The notes beneath the pieces were generated by a model that ran no database searches, was not told the DNA's origin, and saw only the letters and a program-made list of their open reading frames with translations. A DNA stretch of 64,000 bases from Octopus vulgaris (Eukaryota): contig OX597816.1 of the NCBI GenBank assembly GCA_951406725.2, positions 17,174,001-17,238,000 on the forward strand, read 5' to 3'. This document shows positions 1 through 12,562 of this stretch, one piece after another; position 1 is the first letter of the stretch; the number at the start of each line of letters is the position of its first letter. A program made the translations under genes and the position numbers.

Positions 1-672
1 TACTCATAGGTTCATACATATTTCATGTGTTGAGAGGGGAGGATTACTGTAGTAGTTTGTATTTTCCTTTTTATATAATTATAATAATTATACACAAACA
101 TATATATATACATATAAACATGCGATATGTTTTCTATTGAGGGCTTGAGATAAAGGCTCACAATAAGTAGTAAGAGTTTATATTAATACCTGTGATATTA
201 GTCGGTACTAAAAGTAATAAATTTCTGGGTATTAATCAAGATACTTAATAAAGTATTTTCTGTTACTTTTTGTTTATCAAGTTGCTGAAATCCTGTGGGA
301 AGTGGGGGAGGGGGTTATGGTCAGTCCCGTAATCTAATTGGTCATCTATTGTTTTGAAAGGCCATGACATCATTAATGTTTGTTAATGGATAACCGATAA
401 CATAAACAACAAACTAGGCAAAAATATACAAATGTATACAAAAAAAACAAACAAACAAATGATCCAAGGTTAACTATTAGTATTTCTCTTTTGATAATTT
501 TCTCTTTCCTCTGTTTATTCTTTATCTAATAAGAATAATATAATACATCTGATAATTATAATAATTGATTCCTTTGTATGCATATACATATATATATATA
601 TGAATATATAGATATGTATTTATGTATATTTATGTAAATGTATGTAAATGTAAAAGTGTGTATATATGTATT

Positions 673-755
<83 letters not shown>

Positions 756-863
756 GGAGAAGAAAGAGATAAATAAATGGATGGGTGGATGGATGGATAA
801 AGAGTGGGTAGAGGCATATGTTTTTTTGGTACCACATCACTTATTTTGACTCATGCCACTTTT

Positions 864-1480
864 AAACAGTTGAAGGGATCTGGACCCAGGAAGACATGGA
901 ATGAGGTGGTCAAGTATGACCTTCGAACGTTGGGCCTCACAGAGGCAATGGCAAAAGACTGAGATCTCAGGAGATATGCTGTGACTGCGAAGACCCAGTA
1001 AATAAAGCGAGTTCACAGCTGTATTCTACTCCAGTTTTACATAACCAGCTCCAGCCCATTCAAAAGTACCTTGGATCATAGGGCGACCCACTGTGCTTGA
1101 GGAGACCTATTGAGTCAAGTACATCAACATCAAAATGAAAATCAAATGGAAATTGTAGTTGTGATTCCCGTGCCAGTGGCACATAAAAAGCACCATCCAA
1201 ATGTGGCTGATGCCAGCGCCACTTTGACTAGCTTCTGTGCCAGAAGCACCAACTGATCATGGCCATTGCCAGCCTTCTCTGGCCCCTGTGCCGGTGGCAC
1301 ATAAAAAACACCACTACACTCATGGAGTGGTTGGTGTTAGGAAGGATATTCCGCTGTACAAACACTGCCAGATCAGACTGGAGCTTGGTGCAGCCTCCTG
1401 ACTTCCCAGACCCCGGTGGAACTGTCCAACCCTTGTTAGCATGGAAAATGGACGTTAAACGATGATGATGGTGATGATGA
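864..1480 (+). mobile_element. 3' end of RTE-clade LINE (ORF C-terminus, long 3'UTR, (GAT)n tail); its 3'UTR is repeat family C
   Basis: About 882-1001 translates GPRKTWNEVVKYDLRTLGLTEAMAKD*DLRRYAV, matching the RTE RP.KTW..DL..LG..A.DR..WR terminus. It ends in CATGGAAAATGGACGTTAAAC(GAT)n. Confidence 0.75.
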
Positions 1481-2490
1481 TGGTGGTGGTGGTGGTGGTG
1501 GTGGTGGTGGTGGTGGTGTTGGTGATGGTGGTGGTGATGGTGATGGTGATGATGATGATGATGATGATGACGATGATGAGGATGATGATGATGAAGAACT
1601 TTCTGAAAACTACGCAGTTTTTCAATAAAATTTTGCAGAGAAAGGTTTTCAACGAAGTAGAAGGTGATTATTTTGAGAAAATTGAGAAAAGCATCATATC
1701 TTTATTTCGAATATACAAATGAGAAATTTCTTTTATTGAATTTTAATTCTAAGTTAATAAATGCTTTTCTTTTTGCAAATCAGCATTCATTTCACTATTT
1801 CGTTTAAGCAATATGAAATTTGATATGAAATTATAATCATTGTATGTATGCCATATTTTCTGATATTACCCTTGGTAATACAAGTGTATTTCCAAAGCTA
1901 CCTGTCATGTGACAAGTAGCAATTTAATATAAACGAACAAATGCAATAATTAATGGTCATGCTGAAGAAAATTAAACATGCATAATGAGCTGGAATTTGA
2001 TCAACATGCAATTAGCAGACAACATATGCATATAAGTGACCTGAAGTCTATTTGCATAGAGAACTGAAATTTGAACAACAAACTGTGTGCTAGCTACGCA
2101 GATGTATGCATAAATGTTGGAAGAGCTTACACGAACAGTATGCTAACTGAAATAATTGTAGAGCAAACAGCTCTTCTGAACAAAAAAATATATTTAGCCA
2201 ATGTGCTGAAATTTGAACAACTGCAAAGAGACTGCACATGATTATAAGTTGGTAGGAAAGCATGTATAAATGGTTTGTTTACATCTATGTAGGTTGAAAA
2301 TTTTCATATTTTATATAGAATATAATATTTCTCGTATTTTTTGCTAAAAACATAATCATGGACCGACAAAAGCAAGACAAAGTCAAAAACATATGTGGTC
2401 ATGTAGTCACATACTCACAGAAACACATTTGTATACATATATATATATATATTGTGTGTGTGTGTATGTGTGTGTATATGTGTATATGTA

Positions 2491-2573
<83 letters not shown>

Positions 2574-3109
2574 TACCATGCTAGCATGGAAAGCGGACGT
2601 TAAACGATGATGATGATATATATACATACATACATACATATATATATTGGTTCGCCAGCCCTCAGTCAAAATCGTCCAACCCATGCTAGCATGAAAAGCG
2701 GACGTTAACCGATAATGATGATGATGATGATGATACATGCATATATATATATATATACACACAAATAGAGGTTAGAAACCTCATTCAGGGACAGCAAAAT
2801 CCTATGAAATTTCTGGTTAGTTACCTGTACAAAGGAAGTTGAACATTACAGTTAATGCTCAACTGCAAGGTAACTATATAAACCATGGTTTATAAATATT
2901 TATTTATTATAATGAGATAAAATTATTATTTATTTATTAAAAAATTGACAATTTTTTAATTAATAAATAATAATTTTATTAATTACCTCTCTATTTTCTT
3001 ATCTTATTATCATATACCTACATATACATACATATATGTATATGTATGTATGTGTATATATCATCATCATCATCAATAGAAATATATACATACATCATCA
3101 TCATCATCA

Positions 3110-3320
3110 TATTCATGGAAGATACTGGTGTCATGCAACTGGCACCCGTGTCACTGACACATAAAAGCACCGATTACACCCCCAGAGTGGTTGGCATTAG
3201 GAAGGGCATCTAGCTATAGAAACCATGCCAAATCAGACTGGTGCCTGGTGTAGCCCCTCAGCTTATCAGTTCTGGTCAAACCATCAAGCCCGGACAATTG
3301 ATGTTAAATGATGGTGATGA
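3110..3320 (+). mobile_element. Family C (RTE 3'UTR-like) fragment; shorter pieces at 2577-2615 and 2650-2730
   Basis: GGTTGGCATTAGGAAGGGCATC...GTTAAATGATG, shared with 1320-1470. Confidence 0.7.
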
Positions 3321-3364
3321 TATATATGTATATGTGTGTGTGTGTGTATAAATATATATGTGTA

Positions 3365-3430
<66 letters not shown>

Positions 3431-3489
3431 GCTTTAGGGTCTGACAAGACACCCATGGAGCTACGCCCTTTGTGGATGCGAAACCATTG

Positions 3490-3872
3490 GCCCAGTTAGA
3501 ATTTTCTTTAGATCAAGTAGCTCATCCCATTCAAAACATCACTGAATAAGGGTTGTTGAATGAATAAGGATGTTGAATGAAACATCCACATTTCCAAAGG
3601 TGAATTATCCAAACCCCCCAAAATTCCTCTCAACACATGGCTATGATGCTCCCACACTACTTCTGCTTGTGATCAGAGATGCACATATCGTCAGCCACTA
3701 AGGGACAAGCTCAACTGGTTAAGGTCAAATAACTGACAAGCAAATCTGTGGTATTGAGCATAATATTTACTGTAGTCCATCTCTTATACCAAGACAAAAC
3801 AAAGTAGATGATAACACTTCCAATCAGTTAAGAGCAAACGCCATGAGAGCCACAGCTTGGTACTGCATCAAG
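3490..3872. mobile_element. Family E non-coding repeat, partial copy abutting (ATT)n
   Basis: Collinear with 46545-46920 (GCCCAGTTAGAATTTTCT...GGTACTGCATCA). Confidence 0.7.
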
Positions 3873-3887
3873 ACTTTTATAATTATA

Positions 3888-3935
<48 letters not shown>

Positions 3936-3936
3936 A

Positions 3937-4004
<68 letters not shown>

Positions 4005-4439
4005 CATTATCATCATCATTATTATTATCATCATTATCATCATTATCATTGCCACTATCAATATTACTATCATCACATTGTCAAAGACTGGGTCTTTGAA
4101 TTCATTTCTATCACATTCCTGACAACGACGACAATTTATTTATTCTCCTTTATGCCAATTTCTCCCCTCTTAGTAACAGAATATAGAAATAATGCCAATA
4201 ATAGGTGTCACAATCACCTTTTGTTCAGAACGTGTTAAATGAGGTCTTTTTATTCGAAGCTCATATGATATATTAATTTAACTTGGAATGCCTTTGCATT
4301 GATAATGCATAATTTTCAGATTTCAAGATTGCTCTGCATATGTCTAACCTTATATTTGTTTATGTAAAATTTAAATTAATTATTGAACACTATATTATCA
4401 AAGAAATGTAAAGAAAATGTGTCAACGATATCTAGTATT

Positions 4440-5140
4440 CATCATCATCATCATCGTTTAATGTCCGCTTTCCATGCTAGCATAGGTTGGACGATTTGAC
4501 TGAGGTCTGGCGAACCAGACTCCAATCTTGATCTGACAGAGTTTCTACAGCTGGATGCCCTTCCTAACGCCAACCACTCAAAGAGTGTATTGGCTGCTTT
4601 TACATGCCAGTTAGGTAGTACTGGTAATGGCCACGCTCAAATGGTGCTTTTTATGTGCCACCTGCACAGGAGCCAGTCCGCTTTCCATGCTAGCATGGGT
4701 TGGACGATTTGACTGAGGTCTGGCGAACCAGAATCCAATCTGATCTGGCAGAGTTTCTACAGTTGGATGCCATTCCTAATGCCAACCACTCCGAGAGTGT
4801 AATTGGTGCTTTTACGTGGCACCGGCACGAGGGCCAGTTAGGTAGTACTGGCAATGACCACGCTCGAATGGTGCTTTTTATGTGCCACCTGAACAGGAGC
4901 CAGTCCAGAAGCACAGGCAACGACTTTGCTCAAATGTTTTTTTGCACGTGCCACCAGCACAAGTGCTAGTAAGGCAACACAGGTAACAGTCACGCTCAAA
5001 TGGTGTTTTTAACGTGCCATCAGCACAGAGGCCAGCTTGTTGCTCTGGCAATGATCTCACTTGCATGGTACTCTTAGCGCTCCACTAGCAACAAATGCCA
5101 GTCACCGAGTTTGATTTCAATTTCGATTTTGATTGATTTC
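4440..5140 (-). mobile_element. Family C copy with an internal ~215-bp tandem duplication
   Basis: (CAT)n-CGTTTAATGTCCGCTTTCCATGCTAGC; CTTTCCATGCTAGCAT recurs at 4468 and 4681. Confidence 0.75.
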
Positions 5141-5149
5141 AACATTGAT

Positions 5150-6335
5150 TTCAAATTTTGGCACAAGGCTAGCAATTTTGAGCATAGGGTTAAGCTGATA
5201 TCATCAACCCAAGCACTCAACTCATACTTATTTTGTTGAATCTGAAAGGATGAAAGGCAAAGTTGATCTCGGAGGAATTTGAACTCAAAGCATGAAGACA
5301 GGTAAAATACTGCTCAGGATTCTGTCTGATTGCTGCCTGAACAATGGGTAATATTACAACAGGAAAACAAGGCAACAAGCTCCAGCAGAATTTTTAACAT
5401 GCTGAGCAAAATACTTGGCAGCATTTCATCTGTCTTCATACTCTGAGCTCAAATTCCACCAAGGTCAACTTTGCCCTTCACCTTATTGGGGTTGATAAAA
5501 TGAGTACCAGTTGAGCACTGGGGTCGATATAATCGCCTTGGTTGTACTCCTGGTATTGCTGGCCTAGTGCTAAAATTTGAAACCAGTATTGCAACAGGAA
5601 AGCAAGGCAGTGAGCTGGTAGAATAATTAGCATGCCAGGTAAATGCTTAGTGGCATTTTGTCCATCTTTATGTTCTGAGTTCAAATTCTGCCAAGGTCAG
5701 AGTAGATGAAATAAATACCAGATTAGCACTTGGGTCAATGTAATTGACTTATCCCACATCTGAATTTGCTGGCCTTGTGCTAAACTTTGAAAGCAGTATT
5801 AGAACAGGAAATCTAAGCATGCTATATATTCAGTTTACTTTTTGAATCTGAAATTAAGTAAAAAAACAACAATATAAAAAGAATACAAAAAATGTGAAGT
5901 AAGTGCTAGCATACTAAATGTCGTCAACAAGATAACTTTAATTAAAATGTTAGCATGCTGGGCGAAATGCCTAACGGTTTTTCATTTGCCGTTACATTCT
6001 GAGTTCAAATTCCACCAAGGTCGATTGTGCCTTTCTTCCTTTCTGGGTCGATAAATTAAGTACCAGTAACGCACTGGGGTCGATGTAATCGATTTAATCC
6101 GTTTGTCTGTCCGTGTTTGTCCCCTCTGTGTTTAGTCCCTTGTGGGTAGTAAAGAAATAGGTATTTCATCAGCCATTACATTCTGAGTTCAAATTCCACC
6201 AAGGTCGACTTTGCCTTTCATCCTTTCAGGGTTGATTAAATAAGTACCAGTTAATTACTGAGGTTGATGTAATCTACTTAAACTCCTTGTTTGTTCCCTC
6301 TATGTTTATTACCCCTGTGGGTAATAAAGAAATAA
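5150..6335. mobile_element. Cluster of family B tRNA-derived SINEs, including a dimer at 5945-6335 (+)
   Basis: Repeated TTCTGAGTTCAAATTC (B-box-like) plus GTCGACTTTGCCTTTCATCC body; the 5150-5340 copy is on the minus strand. Confidence 0.75.
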
Positions 6336-7919
6336 ATTATTTGTGCTTAATTCATATCAAAGAAAGGTATATATATATATTATTTTCTTTTATCTTTTAC
6401 TTGTTTAAGCCTTCGGTCTGCGGCAATACCAGGGCATCACTTTGAAGGATTTAGTTAAAAGAAACTGGCACCAGAGTATTTTTTCTTAATATGGTGTTTA
6501 TTCTGTTGATCTTTTACAGAACAGCTAAGTTATATAGTTGGCATTAGGAAGGGCATCCAGCCATAGAAATCACGTCAAAACAGATGATTGGAGCCTGGTG
6601 CAGCCCTCTGGCTTGCCAGCTTCTGCCAAACCATCCAACCCATGCTTGCATGGAAAACAGACGTTAAATGATGATGATAATGATGATGATGATCTACTTA
6701 TTTTATTTTCCTTAATTAATTTTATGTAATTATACTTATAGAGATTCTCCCCAAACTTTCCTTATTAATAAAAGTCTTTGTCCACCGATCCAAGTTCGCC
6801 CAAAAAGATTAGGTTCTCCAACTAAGAGGCAAAATTTCAATTCTCTCAGAATTTATTGCATATGTCATTCAGTGCATCACCATCAACCTGAATTATTCAT
6901 AGAACATGTAGGCTACATCTTTATTAATTTCATTGATTTTCTGTCTGTTTTTTCCATGCTGGCTTGGATTGGACTTTCCTACATTCTGTTTGTGACTACT
7001 ATTTCATGATGTTGTCACTGGGATTTGCATGGTAACATGCTCTTTCTGTCAGCATTTGCTGTAAAAGGGTAGGCTAGGAAATTCTATCAGGATAACAGCT
7101 CTAAAGAAATTTCCTTCTGACTTTTGGATCATTCTTACTATACTTTTATATTTTAGTTTAGGCAGAAGTGGAGGTGCAGTGATAATGACATTTTTATTCA
7201 AGGTTCTGTACTTGTACTTGTGGCAACATTCACCCTGGGTGGGTTGAGTCAGCTTCTTCTACCATGGAAGAAGTTTCGTGGGAACGTGTGGATTTCACAA
7301 GCGGTCCCCAACAATCCCGCATGTAGAGACATCCTGTTTGCTGCAGATTGTCCACAGACGCAGGGACAGAATGACCGAGGAGCTGCCGGTTGCCGAAACA
7401 GACACTCCGAGGATTTTCACCAGGTTGTGGCCCTAATACCACGCAGTGTCAGACCAATCCGAATTGGGTGGCCCTACCAAGAACCAAAGTTCCTGATGGC
7501 ATAGCTCTGACACTACCCAATGCCAGTGTCCCTACCACGGTGAGGAGGGGATGGGCTTTGGGGATGCTAAGGTTCTGAGATTGTTGGCAACGTTATCATC
7601 AGACTAGAAAGCTGGATTGAATGCTTGCATCACTAATGGTGGAGTCAACCCTGTTTGTGAGTGTTGAGGGAGCATTACATTTAAGTATAAAAACTAAGAA
7701 CAGGAACAGCCCTTCTGACATAATACCACGCAGTTTCCATGTACCAAATTTCAGTCACAAAACTCTGGTTCCCTCAAGGTTAGCAGAGAAAATATTTACT
7801 TCACCAAGGTTCCATGCAGTGGGTTTGACCCCAAAACCACATGGCTGCAAAGCCAACTTCTTAATTACGCAGCCATGCCTTCTGGCTTCAATAAGCAAAA
7901 CTAATAAGAATAGATGGTA

Positions 7920-8155
7920 GAGGCACGTGGCTTAGTGGTTAGGGTGTCAGCATCATGATCGTAAGATTGTGGTTTCGACACCTGGACTGCGCGACGCATT
8001 GTGTTCTTGAGCAAAACACTTCATTTCACTTTGCTCCAGTCCACTCAGCTGGCAAAAATGAGAAACGCTGCAATGGACTGGTGTCCCGTCCAGCTGGGGA
8101 ACACATATGCCATGGAAACCAGGAAACTGGGCCCATTAGCCTGGCTAGGCTTTAA
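7920..8155 (+). mobile_element. Family D tRNA-derived SINE; others at 28871-29112 (+), 30130-30370 (+), 25122-25392 (-), 54985-55235 (-)
   Basis: A box TGGCTTAGTGG, B-box-like GGTTTCGACA, body TGTTCTTGAGCAAAACAC...CCACTCAGCTGG. Confidence 0.75.
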
Positions 8156-8479
8156 AGAATAAGAATAGATATTTGGCTGAGATGAAACAAAACTAGTTAA
8201 AATAACTAGATGCAACTTTAAACAGAGGATTTTCAACTAAATTTAGAACTGCTTAAAGATAGGAGTTATGATTTATTCTCTTATCTTCTTAGGTTATTTC
8301 AGTTCAGTAAATCCCTCTGTAATGGAGAGATTAAGTTACCTTATAAATACAATTTTAGGTGACTAGCTAACACCGGCTGAATTTATATTTTTCTACAGTT
8401 GTGTTGTAAAGTTTCTAGATTGAAAGCTTCCTTCCATGTATCTTATCTAATCTAGGTGTTAAAAACAGAACTAGACATT

Positions 8480-9005
8480 CTCTCTTTTACTTGTTTCAGT
8501 CATTTGACTGTGGCCATGCTGGAGCACCGCCTTTAGTCGAGCAAATCATCCCCAGGACTTATTCTTTGGAAGCCTAGTACTTATTCTATCAGTCTCTTTT
8601 GCTGAACCGCTAAGTTACAGGGACGTAAACACACCAGCATCAGTTGTCAAGTGATGTTGGGGGGACAAACACAGACACACAAACATATACACACACATAC
8701 ATATGCATATACATATATACGATGGGCTTCTTTCAGTTTCTGTCTACTAAATCCACTCACAAGTCTTTGGTCGACCCGAGGCTATAGTAGAAGACACTTG
8801 CCCAAGGTGCCATGCATGTGATGTATATGTTTGTGTGTCCCCCTCACTATTGCTCGACAACTGATGCTGGTGTGTTTACGTCCCCATAACTTAGTGGTTC
8901 GGCAAAAAGAGATCGATAGAATAAGTACTAGGCTTACAAAGAATAAATCCTGGGGTCAGTTTATTTGACTAAAGGCGGTGCTCCAGCATGACTGAAACAA
9001 ATAAA
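8480..9005. mobile_element. Two adjacent family A SINE pieces in inverted orientation
   Basis: 8480-8812 is a minus-strand copy; 8825-9005 is a plus-strand 3' half. Confidence 0.8.
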
Positions 9006-9492
9006 AGACAAAAAAAAAATAAACCCAAAAGATACAATATGATTTACATAAGTTATTTAATTTTAGTCACTAGAATACAAATTTCCACTTAGACGAAACT
9101 AAATCTTCATACTAAATCTTATGTACTAACTTTATTAACTGGTTTCAATAGTTCAGTATTTAGTTGGATGTTATGACAATAGCTTATACCAAAGTAACTG
9201 CTATGATGATAAACTCTTCATTACTGTATATGCTAGACAGCAACAAATTAATTAATAGTATTTCTGAATGATAAATATATAATTTAAGAGCCTTATGACT
9301 TCTTCATTCAAACTTCAAGTAGCATTTATGATTAAAATTGATTTTGTAACTTTTACTAATAATTAAGTTATAATAATGTTATATATGAGTTTACCTCAAA
9401 TGCTTAAATGAGTTGAAGTCAAAATCCTAATATTCATAACATTAATGTAGATATACTTTGTTGTAATAAGAGTTTCTTGGAATTATTTGTAA

Positions 9493-10030
9493 GGTAGAGA
9501 GCTGACAGAATCATTAGCACACCGGGCGAAATGTGTAGCCGTATTTCATCTGCCGTTATGTTCTGAGTTCAAATTCTGCCGAGGTCGACTTTGCCTTTCA
9601 TCCTTTCAGGGTCGATAAATTAAGTAGCAGTTATGCACTGGGGTCGATATAATCGACTTAATCCCTTTGTCTGTCCTTGTTTGTCTTCCCTGTGTTTAGC
9701 CTCCTGTGGGTAGTAAAGAAATAGGTATTTCGTCTGTCTTTACATTCTGAGTTCAAATTCTACTGAAGTCGACTTAACTTTCATCCAAAAGGATGAAAGT
9801 TAAGTCGATCTCGCCAGAATTTGAACTCAGGGGTCGATAAATTAAGTACCAGTTGTGTACTGGGGTCGATCTAATCGATTGGACCCCTCCCCAAAAATTT
9901 CTGGCCTTGTGCCTAGAGTAGAAAAAATTATTAGAGGTGGCGAGCTGGTAGAAACATTAGCATGCCAGGCGAAATGCTTAGCAGTATTTTGTCTGTCTTT
10001 ATGTTCTGAGTTCAAATTCTGCCAAGGTCG
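9493..10030 (+). mobile_element. Family B SINE dimer plus a third head
   Basis: AGAGCTGACAGAATCATTAGCAC...; second monomer follows GTAGTAAAGAAATA; third head at about 9937. Confidence 0.8.
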
Positions 10031-10240
10031 AACAGCCGCTTCTACTGAGTACTGCTGTTGGTTTATTTCTTATACATAAAGGACTATAGCTTCAACTGCG
10101 TACTGCTTTTTGATTTACCATAAGGGTTGTTGTTATTATTATTACTGTTTAACTATTGTTATCACGTTTGTTGGTTCCTTGTAAGGGAAACGTTGTTGTG
10201 TTGCATTTGTTAAATAATTGTAAACTGTAACTCTCTCCCT

Positions 10241-10342
10241 AGTCACTCTTGTGCCATAGCCACTTCTGTGCCATAGTCACTCCTGTGCCATAGCCACTCC
10301 TGTGCCATAGTCACTCCTGTGCCATAGCCACTCCTGAGCCAT
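10241..10342. repeat. 17-bp minisatellite x6, AG(T/C)CACTCCTGTGCCAT
   Basis: Six contiguous units with alternating T/C at position 3. Confidence 0.9.
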
Positions 10343-10349
10343 TGATTCA

Positions 10350-10530
10350 CATTTCTTTTGAATTAACCATATATTATCTGGTAGCTTCAAGATTATGATA
10401 ATGTGATTGTTATTTTTAGCCTGACATTGTAGGTTAGGTTGAGAGGCCTGATCTGAACAGTTTGAACATAAAACAGGTAGATAATTTGAGACTGGTTTAA
10501 GTATGGCTGGTTTAAGTGCTAAGTGGTTAA
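10350..10530. mobile_element. piggyBac-like MITE fragment, family 2; also 17690-17838 and 40925-41117
   Basis: Shared body CAGTTTGAACA/TAGTTTGAGCA; copies end in CTAAAGGGTTAA or CTAAGTGGTTAA. Confidence 0.55.
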
Positions 10531-10872
10531 GTGGGTTAGGTTGATAGAAACTGAAAGAAGCCCATCATAAGTGTATATGTGTGCATGTATATATATAAGT
10601 GTGCATTCATGCATGCATATGTGTGTGTGTGTTTGTGCCTTTCTCTCCTTGTTATGTTGTAAATGGTCATCACTCAAGCAATGTTGCTTGTTTCCAATCT
10701 TTCATGAAAACATATCTAATTATATGAAAATATTACGATTTTAGGAAATGGATGAGAGGCGGCAACAGGAAGGGCTTCCAGCTGTTCAAAATCTGCCTCA
10801 AGCATGGAAAAGTGAACATTAGAATGATAATGATTTGTGTCTGTGTGTGTGCATATATACATACATACATAC

Positions 10873-11019
<147 letters not shown>

Positions 11020-11330
11020 TATATATATGTATATATGATTATTTATGATATTGAGCTTTTCATATTCATGAAAAGTTAGTCTTTTATTTTTATATCAAAT
11101 GAAGAACAAAGCAGCAATTACACCAAGTGTAATTCACTTCAAATCTGATTTTTCAAGGTGATTCTTTGTTTTTAGTTGTCAAAATCTTGGCAACATATCT
11201 GACTAAAGACAATGAAATTTGTACAGAGCATTTCAAAACATTTTTTTCTTTTCTCATCATCTCACATTAAATCTCAGGTTAATACACATATATGTGTATT
11301 GTATGTGTGTATGTATAAATATATGTACAT

Positions 11331-11390
<60 letters not shown>

Positions 11391-11396
11391 CATCAA

Positions 11397-11445
<49 letters not shown>

Positions 11446-12562
11446 TATATATACATACACACACACATATATATACATACACACACACACATATATATAT
11501 ACACACACATATATATAACAACACAGCTTTTTTAATAACTGTGCATAGTGATTTTTTTACAATAGTAAACAGTTAGTTTAAAATTTATAGATATAATTTT
11601 TTATATGTTTTCGGGGTTTATTTATTTATTTTTTTTTTTGCTTTCTGTTTCCTTTTTTCGCTTTTTTAACAAAACAGATGCTGTCAGATTTTGATAGTAT
11701 TTTTCGTTTTTATTTGTTTTCTATACTGAATTCTGTTGTGAGTTAGTATATGAAAGTGATATATTTCCAATTAGCACATATCAGGATTACAGCACACCAC
11801 ATCTTTTCCTCAACTAATATAAAACGTTAACATTTATATATAATTTCAAGTGAAAATGTGAAGGAGAATTAAACTGCGGATTTTGGTTTCACCTACATTT
11901 CGCTCATACCTTATCCAAATATCAACTAACAAGTGACCAAATGTTTATTCTACGGATATAAAATGAATGAAAAATAAATAAATAAAAAGCAACACTTTCA
12001 ATTTCTGAAAAATTGTTTCGTTTACTATTTGTCTTTCAAAAGTCCTAATTAATTGGAAACATCAGAATTTTAGCCAATTTCACGACTTCCTAACAAGCGC
12101 ACAAGCAATCAAGGAGAAAAATAAACAACATTGAATTTTGAAAAATAGTTTCATTGAAACAAACTAACATCTAATTGGAGTATTATTATACTATGAAACA
12201 CTTCATATCTTTCCTGCAAGAAACTAAGAGACCTTAATTACCTAGTGGTTTGCACTATTACAGAGAGCAAGACCAAAATTTAGTCTCTTTTATCTATATG
12301 TCTAACTTGTTTTAGTCATTAGACTGTGGCCGTGCTGGGGGCACTGACTTGAAGATTTATTTTGTTTTTTAGTCAAATGAACCAATCCCATGTTTTTGAC
12401 TCTGGGACTTATTTTATTGGTCTCTTTTGCCCACATGGTTGCAAAGCAGGCTTCTTAACTTCACAGCTATACCTGCATCAATCATTGTTAGTTAGCTAAA
12501 ATATAATAATTAAACATAGGTCAGCACACAAGAGTGCAAATTATGATATATCACTTTATATC

